Positions 26,481 to 35,648 are shown, counted from the first letter of the stretch. The stretch: 64,000 bases of DNA from Deltaproteobacteria bacterium (GCA_019313915.1 JAFDAJ010000002.1:31098-95097); one strand, 5' to 3'. The notes: generated by a model from the sequence alone, not told the origin. Made by a program: numbers and translations.

Positions 26481-27070
26481 TCGGGCACCTTCAGATATTC
26501 GCTACGGAACTCGATGGTGCGTTCGGATCGGCAAATCCGGCGGCGAACGATGTTCACGGTGATCGGTCCCACCGGGTCATTCCCCGAAGTCGGCCGAATC
26601 AGCTCGCTACACTGTTTCTTCGAGATCGGGTTGAACTCGGCCTTGACAGCGAAGTACATCTCCCGCCCCTTGTGCGGCAGGTAGCTCTTTGGCTCGCCCG
26701 CGAACAACCCCTCGACGGCCAGGCACCGGTTGAGCACTTGCTCGAGCGTCTTCAACCGTTCGGTTTGCTGACCGATGCGAACGAGATAGCCGTCATCCCA
26801 AAGGTCGAGCGTCGCGTCGCAACTGAATTGGCGCTGGGCCACTCGCTGGTTGGACCCCTTGAGGTGGGATCCGACCGTCACGACGAGTCGCTTGCGCAAC
26901 CCGCTCGAAAGCTCCTGTCGCACGCGTTCGTCTGCAAGGTCCTTCGCGGAAAAAGACACCTTTGGCGCACCACGGGACCACGTGACCCCGAAATCGCGCA
27001 GGGGCAGTTGCGACTGGGCGTACGTAACCGTCGCGGTCAGCAAGACCAGTGCTGCGAGCCAATATCTCAC
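26477..27070 (-). CDS. Secreted/periplasmic protein of unknown function (possibly DUF4390-like)
   Basis: 197 aa. Signal peptide MRYWLAALVLLTATVTYAQS. 4-nt overlaps with both neighbours. The pattern ...CDATLDLWDDGYLVRIGQQTERLKTLEQVLNRCL reminds me of the DUF4390 proteins found next to NtrY-like kinases. That family call is weak. Confidence 0.6.
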   Translation of the reverse strand: MRYWLAALVLLTATVTYAQSQLPLRDFGVTWSRGAPKVSFSAKDLADERVRQELSSGLRKRLVVTVGSHLKGSNQRVAQRQFSCDATLDLWDDGYLVRIGQQTERLKTLEQVLNRCLAVEGLFAGEPKSYLPHKGREMYFAVKAEFNPISKKQCSELIRPTSGNDPVGPITVNIVRRRICRSERTIEFRSEYLKVPE

Positions 27071-28683
27071 AGCCGTATGAACCCCACGAGCGTCGAGAAG
27101 CCCACTTGGAACACGCCGACCCGGGTGTCGAATCGAAACCCAAAGTCGAACGTCAGGTCGAGCGGAAAACGTGAAAGGCCCGTGTATCCGCTCACGCCAG
27201 TGCGCGGATCTCGAAGGTCCGCAAGCCCGTACAATCCGATCAGCGTGTAGATATTAACTTCGCGCAAGCCCCGGTCGCGCACGCGCTCGTAGACTGGCAC
27301 GTTGTACCCAATGTCGATACGCCACGCGAGCTCACCGAGGTTGTTGTTCTCGATCGAGGTGCCTAGAAGATTGGGCGGAGGACGCGCATCGAGCTGCATC
27401 TCGAGGAACCGAGAAGGGATCAGATCCGTCAGGTCTGAGATGTGAAAGAGGTAGAAGAACGGCGTGTTGCCGAACGCCGCTCCGCCGAACGCGCCAAGTC
27501 GAATCGTGTGGTTCCAAGGCAACCGCCACCACCGTCGCACCCATGCTTCGAGCTGGAGGAAGTCGTAGTCACTGCCGAGGAAACGCGTACCGGCGGTGAC
27601 AACGCCACGAAAGAGCACACCCTCCTTGGTGATGCCCGGGTCGTCGCGCTTGTCGAACACCAACGCGAACCGTAGGGAGGAAACGAAGCTCCGGCCGTCT
27701 TGAATCGCGAAATCGACCGGGGCGATCTCGTTGCCTTGGCGCTCACTCGCGGCTTCAGGACGGTCGAGAACGCTGACGATGTCGCCAAGCCAATCCAGGC
27801 TGTAGCGGAGCTTACTGGTGAAGTCCTTCCCGGTGCCGACCATGAATCCGCCGCGTCGGTATCGAACGACAGCGTTCGGAACGATCGAGGTGCCCGGGCA
27901 AGTCGGCGCCCCGCAAGGCACGCTCACCAAGGGGCTGTTTCCGTAGAACTCCCGGCCATTGAGAAAGAACGTTCCAAACCGGAGGTCGTATTCACTCTTG
28001 ACCAGCTTGGGATAGCGGAGATCCAAGCGCCCGCCCTGTTGAAACTCGCTCAGCAGCCCGGTCGCGGAGAGCCGTATGCCCCGACCGGCAAGATTGGTTT
28101 CGGTGACCTTGAAGCCGAGCCAAGGGAAGAGCGTGCGCCCGCGGTCGGTGGTCTTGCCAACGCCCTCGGACAAGCCCGCGACCAATTGCTCGATCACGAC
28201 CGTGTTGCGCTCCCTGACTTCGACGACGAGCACCACGTACCCGCGCTCGGCGCCACGCTCGAGACGAATGTCGACGCTGTGGAACCATCCTGTTCCCATC
28301 AATCGCCACTCGGTGGCCACCAACTCTGGTGATTCCGGATCGAGGAAGTCGCCCTGCTTCAATGGAATGAAGTTGCGAACCGTGCGCGCTTTGGTTCGAT
28401 CGTTGCCGCTGACGACGATGCCCTCGAGCACATAACGGACCTGCGACGAGATCTGATCGGGACGCCGACCCTGGCTCGCGACTCCGTACCGGTCGCGGAA
28501 CTCCTCTTCCTCGCCCGCGTCGTCGGCATCGACGTCCTGTGTGGGGATCGCGACCGGATCGCCAGGGCGGTATGGCTCCCCTTTGGGGTCGGAATCCTGT
28601 GCACTTGCCGTTGCGGCCCAACCAAGAACCAGCAGCGGGATGAGGCTCAGAAGCCGGCGTCTCGGTCGCAAGCGCGGGCTCAC
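27067..28683 (-). CDS. Omp85/BamA-TamA family outer-membrane beta-barrel with a single POTRA-like domain
   Basis: 538 aa. Signal LLSLIPLLVLGWAATASAQD. POTRA-like VRYVLEGIVVSGNDRTKARTVRNFIPLKQGDFLD. Long alternating beta-strand C-terminal half ending ...VGVFQVGFSTLVGFIRL. Confidence 0.75.
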   Translation of the reverse strand: MSPRLRPRRRLLSLIPLLVLGWAATASAQDSDPKGEPYRPGDPVAIPTQDVDADDAGEEEEFRDRYGVASQGRRPDQISSQVRYVLEGIVVSGNDRTKARTVRNFIPLKQGDFLDPESPELVATEWRLMGTGWFHSVDIRLERGAERGYVVLVVEVRERNTVVIEQLVAGLSEGVGKTTDRGRTLFPWLGFKVTETNLAGRGIRLSATGLLSEFQQGGRLDLRYPKLVKSEYDLRFGTFFLNGREFYGNSPLVSVPCGAPTCPGTSIVPNAVVRYRRGGFMVGTGKDFTSKLRYSLDWLGDIVSVLDRPEAASERQGNEIAPVDFAIQDGRSFVSSLRFALVFDKRDDPGITKEGVLFRGVVTAGTRFLGSDYDFLQLEAWVRRWWRLPWNHTIRLGAFGGAAFGNTPFFYLFHISDLTDLIPSRFLEMQLDARPPPNLLGTSIENNNLGELAWRIDIGYNVPVYERVRDRGLREVNIYTLIGLYGLADLRDPRTGVSGYTGLSRFPLDLTFDFGFRFDTRVGVFQVGFSTLVGFIRL

Positions 28684-28693
28684 GACGGCCAGA

Positions 28694-29608
28694 CTACTCC
28701 AGCGGAGGGAGCCACGCGAGAAGCCAAAGGCACCCTGCCACCACCACGAAGACTGCGCTCACCCATCCGAGCGTGCGCAAGAAACCAATTTGCCTTCCGT
28801 CGTCCTTCGACTTCACGGGGCTACTTGTAGCAGATTCTTGTGGGAAGGAGGGAGAATAGTCGAGGGCATCCCATGACCCCGGCCGCTCCGGGAGGTCGTC
28901 GTCGCCGGGTCGACGAATGATGCGGATCGTGGCGTCGTCATCGCCCTCTTCCATCCGGGGGCGGAGCCCCGAAACCGGCGTGGCGTCCGTGCGCCCCAGG
29001 TCAGCGAGGCCCTCTTCAAAAGCCTGCAAAAGCGGAAGCGCGGTTGGGTTCTTGGGAGGCGCTTGGGATGTCTTGTCTCGAAGTGACGGCGGCAAGGTTT
29101 CCCGAGGCGGCGGTACGGCGTCGACGCGAAACGTGCCCTCGGTCCACTCGAGCGCAGTGACGAAGTCCGCCGCAGTCCCGCCGTCAATGCTGACGTCACT
29201 GAGCTCGCCTTTCTCGTAGTACCCGATCGCAAGCCGCCCGCGCAGCTCGAGCAGGAGCCTCCCCGTGAGGCCCGCGTTTTCGCAGTAACGCATCAAATCG
29301 GCGGGAGGATGCACCGCAAGTGAGCCACGTCGAGTCGTGTCGGTGCCGCGCGAGACCGGCAGGTGTGGGAGTTTCGGATAGACCGCAAACTCACCGTCTC
29401 GCAGGGAGAGCAGGACCTCGAGCGCGCGCTCTTCGTCCGCTGTGGTGGCAGCGTCGGCGACCTGACCGTGCACGAGGCGGATTGCGCCCGACCCGGACGT
29501 GCTCTGAAACGCAAGCACACCGGTCGTGCCGAGCTCTTCGAGACCTCCGAGCAAGTCCTCGACGCCTTCAGCCGGGATCGTTCCTTCGAACACCGCCTCT
29601 GCAACCAT
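28694..29608 (-). CDS. DUF4388 (PATAN-like) domain protein with Pro-rich linker and C-terminal TM anchor
   Basis: 304 aa. N-terminus EGTIPAEGVEDLLGGLEELGTTGVLAFQSTSGSGAIRLVHGQVADA and a second similar module (LMRYCENAGLTGRLLLELRGRLAIGYYEKGEL). C-terminal TM LGWVSAVFVVVAGCLWLLAWL. Confidence 0.65.
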   Translation of the reverse strand: MVAEAVFEGTIPAEGVEDLLGGLEELGTTGVLAFQSTSGSGAIRLVHGQVADAATTADEERALEVLLSLRDGEFAVYPKLPHLPVSRGTDTTRRGSLAVHPPADLMRYCENAGLTGRLLLELRGRLAIGYYEKGELSDVSIDGGTAADFVTALEWTEGTFRVDAVPPPRETLPPSLRDKTSQAPPKNPTALPLLQAFEEGLADLGRTDATPVSGLRPRMEEGDDDATIRIIRRPGDDDLPERPGSWDALDYSPSFPQESATSSPVKSKDDGRQIGFLRTLGWVSAVFVVVAGCLWLLAWLPPLE

Positions 29609-29697
29609 GACTCATGCAAGTGGTTCTGCGCGCCCGAATTGTCAAGCTGTTTGCGCGTTGCCCGGCATCGCACACAGGTCCAGAATTTCCAGGAAAT

Positions 29698-30969
29698 CTA
29701 AGGGAAAATCCCACGTTCCTCGTACGAGGTTGCAAGGCTTTCGAGCGCAAGCGCGTATGCAGCAATGCGCGCATTGACCTTCTTTTCCGCGGCGTAGAAC
29801 ATCGTGCGTTGATACGCGCGACGCATCATGTGGAGCAGCCGCCGCTGCACTTCTTCAGCGTCCCAGTGCTCGCTGTTTCGATTCTGCACCCACTCGTAGT
29901 AGCTCACGGTCACGCCTCCCGAGTTGGCCAAGATGTCGGGGATGACGGGGATACCCCGATCGGCCAGCACCGCCCCGCCTGCCGGATTGATCGGTCCGTT
30001 TGCGCCTTCTGCTATGAGCCGGACATCGAGCCTGACCGCTTCCTTCTCACCGACTTGGTTCTGGAGAGCCGCTGGGATGAACAGGTCTGCCTTGGTTTCG
30101 AAGAACTCGTCCCGCGTGATCTTGTCGCCACGCGGGTAGCCATCGATCGATCCGTTGACCCGCACGTAGTCCTGAAGCTTGTGCGCATTGAAGCCTTCAT
30201 CGTTGCGATGGTAGCCCGTGTGGTCTCCCGTCGCGATCGTAGACACGCCGAGCTTGGAGAGCAGAAGCGCAGTGTTCGAGCCTACGTTGCCGAACCCCTG
30301 AACGATGGCGGTGGCGCCTTCGAGGTCGAAGCGGGCTTCCCTCGCCCATTCCTTGATGCAGTGCACCACGCCCTGACCGGTGGCCGCCTCACGCCCCTCC
30401 GATCCACCCGCATTGATGGTCTTCCCCGTCACAACGGCGCGGTGGTCGTTCTTCTCGTAGGTCGGCCCGGTGTTGATGTATGTGTCCATCATCCACACCA
30501 TCGTTTGCGCGTTGGTCCCCATGTCAGGCGCCGGAATGTCGTGTGACGGACCGATGTTGCTACCAAGGGCGTGAGTGAATCGTCTCGTAATGCGTTGAAG
30601 CTCCTCGTGGGAATGCTCGCGCGGGTTGAACTTGACGCCGCCCTTGCCGCCGCCGAACGGAACGCCCAGCAGTGCACACTTCCAGGTCATCTGAGTTGCG
30701 AGCGCCTTGAGCTCGTTGAGACTGACTTGCTCGTGATATCTCATGCCGCCCTTGTAGGGGCCCATCACGTTGTTGTGCTGAATGCGGTAGCCCTTGAACA
30801 AACGGGTTTCGCCGCCGTCCATTCGCACTGGGAAATGGACGATCAGCTCGTTCTTCGGCTCGGCGAGGATTCGCCGCACATGAGCCGGAAGGCCTGTGAG
30901 CTCGGCGGCCTCCTCCATGTAGCCCTGCACGACCTCGAAAAACGAAAACTCATCTGCGCCGCTCGACAT
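29698..30969 (-). CDS. gdhA: Glutamate dehydrogenase (Glu/Leu/Phe/Val dehydrogenase family)
   Basis: 423 aa. Shows FKGYRIQHNNVMGPYKGGMRYH, catalytic-Lys region GVPFGGGKGGV and NAD(P) fold IVQGFGNVG. Confidence 0.93.
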   Translation of the reverse strand: MSSGADEFSFFEVVQGYMEEAAELTGLPAHVRRILAEPKNELIVHFPVRMDGGETRLFKGYRIQHNNVMGPYKGGMRYHEQVSLNELKALATQMTWKCALLGVPFGGGKGGVKFNPREHSHEELQRITRRFTHALGSNIGPSHDIPAPDMGTNAQTMVWMMDTYINTGPTYEKNDHRAVVTGKTINAGGSEGREAATGQGVVHCIKEWAREARFDLEGATAIVQGFGNVGSNTALLLSKLGVSTIATGDHTGYHRNDEGFNAHKLQDYVRVNGSIDGYPRGDKITRDEFFETKADLFIPAALQNQVGEKEAVRLDVRLIAEGANGPINPAGGAVLADRGIPVIPDILANSGGVTVSYYEWVQNRNSEHWDAEEVQRRLLHMMRRAYQRTMFYAAEKKVNARIAAYALALESLATSYEERGIFP

Positions 30970-31190
30970 GTTCTTACGATGCTACCGGAGCGTTCGCCGA
31001 CCACCAAGATCGGCGCAAATCTTGCGCATCGGCGACAAGGGGCGAAAGAACAGCGCGCCCTGTAGAAAACGTTTCTCAACAGAGATGATGTCCTTGTTTT
31101 TCTAGGCTTTGCGGAGTTAGAGTCACGTCGACCGGGTGGCCGGGAAACGTGCCACCGTGACCTTTGCTTTCGAACAGCGAGGAGGATCCG

Positions 31191-32321
31191 ATGGATGAAC
31201 CGGGAAGCGACTTTCGTCGTGAGCTAGAAGCGCGCGGCGTATCACGCCGCGAGTTCATGGGCTTCTGCTCTGCAATGGCAGTGATGTTTGGTTTGCCGAA
31301 GGGCGCGACGGCGATGATCGCCGAGGCACTCGAAAACAAACCCAAGCCAACATTGGTGTGGCTCAACTTCCAAGATTGCGCGGGCAACACCGAATCGTTC
31401 CTGCGGGCCAGCAAGCCGACTGCCGCAGAGGTGATCCTCGATCTGATCTCGATCGACTATCACGAGGTGATCATGGCGGCGGCCGGTCACCAAGCGGAGG
31501 AGAACCTCCGCTCGGTGGTGGAAAACCAGAAGGGTGCATACATCGCAGTCGTCGAGGGCTCGATCCCGACCGGAGCGAACGGCGCGTACTGCACCGTGGG
31601 CGGCAGGTCAGCGTCCCACATAGCCAACGAAGTTTGTGGCAATGCACTGGCGACGATTGCCGTCGGCACCTGTGCTTCGTTTGGCGGAATCCCCGCGGCC
31701 TCGCCGAATCCGACGGGCGCGCTTGGCGTTTCCGATGCGGTCCCAGGGATCAAGACCCTGATCAACCTTTCGGCCTGTCCGGTGAACGCGCAGAACCTCA
31801 CCGCAACGCTGGTCTACTTCCTGACCTACGGAAGGTTCCCAGCTCTCGACAAGCTGAATCGCCCGCTTTTTGCCTATGGAAAGTCGATTCACGACAACTG
31901 CGAACGGCGCGCGCACTACGACGCGGGGCAGTACGTCGAGCAATGGGGCGACGAAGCGCATCGCGACGGACAGTGTCTTTACAAGATGGGGTGCAAGGGC
32001 CCCGTCTCGTTCCAGAACTGCCCCAACATCGGTTGGAACGACAACACGAGCTGGCCGGTCGCATGCGGCCACGGTTGCATCGGCTGCGCAGAGCCGGACT
32101 TCTGGGACAAGATGACGCCGTTCTACGCGCACCTTCCAGGCTTCCCCGGCTTCGGCAAAGGTTCGGACATCGACAAGGTCGGCTTCTGGGCGACCGTTGG
32201 TGTCACCACCGCCTTCGCAACCCACACGTTGGTACACCTTGGAAAGAAGCTCGTTGGAACGGGTGCGGATCACGCGCCAGAAAGCCCGCCTGAGCGGACC
32301 GATGAAGGAGGCGCAGAATGA
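31191..32321 (+). CDS. hupS: [NiFe] uptake hydrogenase small subunit (group 1, Tat-exported, membrane-anchored)
   Basis: In-frame part of ORF 31164..32321; ATG 31191 is preceded by GAGGAGGA. Tat motif SRREFMGF. Aligns along its whole length with E. coli HyaA as recalled (LENKPKPTLVWLNFQDCAGNTESFLRA, GTCASFGGIPAA, HDNCERRAHYDAG, CLYKMGCKGP, GHGCIGCAEPDFWD). C-terminal TM VGFWATVGVTTAFATHTLVHL. Confidence 0.92.
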   Translation: MDEPGSDFRRELEARGVSRREFMGFCSAMAVMFGLPKGATAMIAEALENKPKPTLVWLNFQDCAGNTESFLRASKPTAAEVILDLISIDYHEVIMAAAGHQAEENLRSVVENQKGAYIAVVEGSIPTGANGAYCTVGGRSASHIANEVCGNALATIAVGTCASFGGIPAASPNPTGALGVSDAVPGIKTLINLSACPVNAQNLTATLVYFLTYGRFPALDKLNRPLFAYGKSIHDNCERRAHYDAGQYVEQWGDEAHRDGQCLYKMGCKGPVSFQNCPNIGWNDNTSWPVACGHGCIGCAEPDFWDKMTPFYAHLPGFPGFGKGSDIDKVGFWATVGVTTAFATHTLVHLGKKLVGTGADHAPESPPERTDEGGAE

Positions 32322-34024
32322 CTCATATCGTTGTCGATCCAGTGACCCGCATTGAAGGCCACTTGCGCATTGAAGCAGAAATCGACGGGGGCAAAGTCGC
32401 AGACGCTTGGTCTTCGTCGACGATGTTCCGCGGGATCGAAATCATTCTCCAAGGTCGAGACCCGCGTGATGCCTGGGCCTTCACCCAACGCATCTGCGGC
32501 GTCTGCACGACGGTGCACGCCATCGCTTCGATTCGCGCAGTGGAAGATGCGATCGGCGCGAAACCGCCGCCCAATGCACGAATCCTTCGCAACCTGATCA
32601 TCGCGTCCCAGTGCATCCAGGACCACGTGATCCATTTCTATCACCTGCACGCGCTCGATTGGGTCGACATCGTGTCGGCGCTCGACGCCGATCCGAAGGA
32701 GACCGCGGCACTCGCACAATCGATTTCGGATTGGCCGCTGTCGAGTGCGACGTACTTCAAGGGCATTCAGGACCGAGTGAAAGGGCTGGTCGAGCGTGGG
32801 CAGCTTGGGCCGTTTGCCAACGCATACTGGGGCCATTCGGCGTACAAGCTCCCTCCGGCTGCGAATCTGATGGCGCTGGCGCACTATCTCGAGGCACTCG
32901 AGTGGCAGCGCGAGTTCATCAAGATGCACGCCATTCTCGGCGGGAAGAACCCTCACCTGCAGAGCTTCTTGGTCGGCGGTATGGCGACTCCGGTCGACCC
33001 GGACGCACAGGCTTCGCTCAACATTCACACGATCGCGCACTTCAAGAAGCTCATCGCGGGCGCGCAGGAGTTCGTGAGCAAGGTGTACATTCCAGATGTG
33101 CTTGCGGTCGCCTCGTTCTACAAAGACTGGGCTGGATACGGCGCAGGTGTAGGCAACTACATGGTGTACGGCGAGTACCCGCTCGACGACGAAGCCGATC
33201 CAGAGCTCTACCTTCCGTCGGGTATCATTCGCGCCCGCGACCTCTCGAAGGTGGAAGAGTTCGATCCGTCGAAGATCACCGAGCAGATCACGCACTCCTG
33301 GTACGATTACGCAGGCGGAGCAGACGCAGCGCTTCATCCGTCCGAGGGCGAAACCAACCCGAATTACACCGGACCGGAGCCACCCTACGAACGATTGGAC
33401 ACCGGGAAGAAGTACTCCTGGCTGAAGTCGCCACGTTACGACGGCGCGCCGATGGAAGTCGGGCCTTTATCACGGATGTTGGTCTCCTACGTTCGCGGTC
33501 ACGAGAAAGTGCAGGGCCTCGTCAATCACGTGCTCAAGACACTCGGGGTTGGGCCCGAAGCCTTGTTCTCGACGCTTGGACGAGTTGCGGCGCGCGCAAT
33601 TGAAACGCAGTTGTTGGTCGACAAGATCGGCGACTGGGTCGACGAGCTGGCCGACAACATGGGCAAGGGCGAGCTTCGCATCCACGACAACAGCAAATGG
33701 GAGCCAGAGAGCTGGCCGGCCGACTGCATGGGAGCGGGTTTCCACGAAGCGCCGCGCGGCGCGCTTGGCCACTGGGTCCACGTCAAAGACGGCAAGATCG
33801 CGCGCTACCAATGTGTGGTTCCGAGCACCTGGAACGCCGGACCGCGGGACTCGGGTGACGTACCCGGCCCGTACGAGGCAGCCCTGGTCGGGACCCCGGT
33901 GGCGGACCCCGAGCAACCGATTGAGATCCTGAGAACGGTTCATTCTTTCGACCCGTGTATGGCTTGCGCTGTGCACGTCGTCGAACCTGGAGGGCGCGAG
34001 ATCACTCGCGTGAAGGCGCGATGA
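32318..34024 (+). CDS. hupL: [NiFe] hydrogenase large subunit
   Basis: 568 aa. N-terminal VDPVTRIEGHLRIE and RICGVCTTVH (L1/L2 Ni-Fe ligand motifs). C-terminal DPCMACAVH followed by a 15-aa extension (protease-cleaved tail). Confidence 0.95.
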   Translation: MTHIVVDPVTRIEGHLRIEAEIDGGKVADAWSSSTMFRGIEIILQGRDPRDAWAFTQRICGVCTTVHAIASIRAVEDAIGAKPPPNARILRNLIIASQCIQDHVIHFYHLHALDWVDIVSALDADPKETAALAQSISDWPLSSATYFKGIQDRVKGLVERGQLGPFANAYWGHSAYKLPPAANLMALAHYLEALEWQREFIKMHAILGGKNPHLQSFLVGGMATPVDPDAQASLNIHTIAHFKKLIAGAQEFVSKVYIPDVLAVASFYKDWAGYGAGVGNYMVYGEYPLDDEADPELYLPSGIIRARDLSKVEEFDPSKITEQITHSWYDYAGGADAALHPSEGETNPNYTGPEPPYERLDTGKKYSWLKSPRYDGAPMEVGPLSRMLVSYVRGHEKVQGLVNHVLKTLGVGPEALFSTLGRVAARAIETQLLVDKIGDWVDELADNMGKGELRIHDNSKWEPESWPADCMGAGFHEAPRGALGHWVHVKDGKIARYQCVVPSTWNAGPRDSGDVPGPYEAALVGTPVADPEQPIEILRTVHSFDPCMACAVHVVEPGGREITRVKAR

Positions 34025-34761
34025 CTCCCCCGCCGGCAGCCGCAGTGAAGGGAGGGGCGCGCCCCCAGGTGAGCCCTCGGCGTCGGGATGTAGAGGGAAT
34101 CGAGCGGGTCTACGTCTGGGACCTCCTGGTCCGGATGAGCCACTGGATCATCATGATCTCGGTTTTCATGCTCGCGTTCACCGGAATCTACATCGGCGAG
34201 CCGTTCTTGATCCCTGCAGGGCCGGAGAACGAGCAGTTCGTCATGGCGACGATGAAGACCGTGCACTTCTACGTGGCGATCATCTTCGCGCTTACGGTGG
34301 CAAGCCGAATCGCATGGATGTTCGTCGGTTCCTACTATGCGCGTTGGCATCAGTTCGTGCCGATGAGCCCGCGGCGGCGTCGTGACGTCTTCGGCATGCT
34401 GAAGTTCTATTCGTTGCTCAGCAAGGAACCACCGCTCAACGTTGGTCACAACCCGCTGGCCGGCATGACCTACCTGGCGGTGTTCGGTCTTTACCTCACC
34501 ATGATCTTCACCGGCTTCGCTCTCTACTCGGTGAGCGCGGTTGGCTACATGCAGATGTGGGAATTCCTGCTCCCGATCTTCGGGGGCGCCCAGATGGCGC
34601 GTTGGATCCATCACTTGGCGATGTGGTTCCTTCTCGGGTTCGTGGCTCACCACATCTGGAGCGCGATGCTCGTGTCTCGCGTCGAAGGAATGGGGCTGAT
34701 CGACTCGCTATTCAGCGGCTACAAGTTCCTGCCCAAGAGCTGGCGCAACCGGGATGAGTGA
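34021..34761 (+). CDS. hupC: Ni/Fe-hydrogenase b-type cytochrome subunit
   Basis: In-frame part of ORF 33955..34761; ATG 34021 overlaps the hupL stop (ATGA). 246 aa, 4 TM, conserved His (RMSHWIIM, VHFYVA, GHNPLAG, WIHHLAMW). Confidence 0.88.
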   Translation: MTPPPAAAVKGGARPQVSPRRRDVEGIERVYVWDLLVRMSHWIIMISVFMLAFTGIYIGEPFLIPAGPENEQFVMATMKTVHFYVAIIFALTVASRIAWMFVGSYYARWHQFVPMSPRRRRDVFGMLKFYSLLSKEPPLNVGHNPLAGMTYLAVFGLYLTMIFTGFALYSVSAVGYMQMWEFLLPIFGGAQMARWIHHLAMWFLLGFVAHHIWSAMLVSRVEGMGLIDSLFSGYKFLPKSWRNRDE

Positions 34762-35299
34762 ACGCACGCCGGTCCTCGTCTTGGGGCTCGGCAACGTCGT
34801 CTGCACGGACGACGGCGCCGGTATTGCCGCGATCCACAAGCTGATTCGAGAGTACGACATGCCTGAAGGCGTCGTTGCGCTCGACGGCGGAACGCTCGGC
34901 CTCTCGCTTCTTCCTCTCGTGGACAGCGCGGATCAGGTGATTCTGGTCGACGCAATCAGCGCGGACGGGTCACCGGGCACTCAGGTCCGCATCGAAGGCG
35001 ACGAGGTGGCTCCAGCCGTGTACGAGCGACTTTCCCCGCACCAAATTGGGGTCGCCGACCTGCTCGCGGGGGCTAGTCTGCTCGACCGGTATCCCGACCG
35101 CGTGGTGATCCTCGGCGTCGTGCCCGACTCCATCGAGCTCGGGCTGGAGCGAACACCTGCGGTTCAGGCGAGCATTCCGGAGCTAGTCGAACGCATCGTG
35201 GAAGAGCTGACCGCTATGGGATACCCGCCGGTTCGATCGGAGAATCGCGATGAAGGCTATGGGAGCGCTGCTCATATCGCTCGCACTCTCGGCGTGTAG
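34754..35299 (+). CDS. hupD: Hydrogenase maturation endopeptidase (HyaD/HupD)
   Basis: 181 aa. Shows VLVLGLGNVVCTDDGAGI, ALDGGTLGL and LSPHQIGVADLL. Confidence 0.9.
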   Translation: MSERTPVLVLGLGNVVCTDDGAGIAAIHKLIREYDMPEGVVALDGGTLGLSLLPLVDSADQVILVDAISADGSPGTQVRIEGDEVAPAVYERLSPHQIGVADLLAGASLLDRYPDRVVILGVVPDSIELGLERTPAVQASIPELVERIVEELTAMGYPPVRSENRDEGYGSAAHIARTLGV

Positions 35300-35648
35300 C
35301 ACCGGGGACGCTTCATCGACGATCGACTACGGCACGGTTGAGGTTCCCGTGGGTCGGCTCTCGTCCGATGACGCGCGAGGCCGGGGCCGCACGCTGTTTA
35401 GAAAGAGGTGCGCGCTTTGCCACGGCGAGCGCGCCGACGGACATGGCGCACGACGAGAGGGCTTGTCCGGCAAGCCGATCAACTTCCACAACAAGGAATG
35501 GCGGGCGAACGTCACACCACTGCGTGTGTTCGAGGTATTGAGCGAAGGCAAACGCGGGACGTCGATGCCGGCCTGGCCGACGCTGAGCACCGAGCAGAAG
35601 TGGGATGTCACCGCTTATGTTCTCAGCGTGGCTGAGGACGGTCCGTGA
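35250..35648 (+). CDS. Monoheme class-I c-type cytochrome lipoprotein
   Basis: 132 aa. Lipobox LLISLALSAC, heme motif CALCHG, distal Met context GTSMPAW. The start overlaps the hupD 3' end by ~40-50 nt. Confidence 0.75.
   Translation: MKAMGALLISLALSACSTGDASSTIDYGTVEVPVGRLSSDDARGRGRTLFRKRCALCHGERADGHGARREGLSGKPINFHNKEWRANVTPLRVFEVLSEGKRGTSMPAWPTLSTEQKWDVTAYVLSVAEDGP

Noticed and set aside
31120-31170. Sigma54-type promoter (TGGCCG..N..GTGC / TGCCAC..TTTGCT) upstream of hupS
   Set aside because: Neither candidate has the correct GG-N10-GC spacing or sequence, and no enhancer-binding-protein gene is in the cluster.
32270-33603. 355-aa minus-strand and 330-aa plus-strand alternative-frame ORFs within hupL
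   Set aside because: hupL is unambiguous (RICGVCTTVH ... DPCMACAVH). The alternatives are Arg-rich shadow ORFs.
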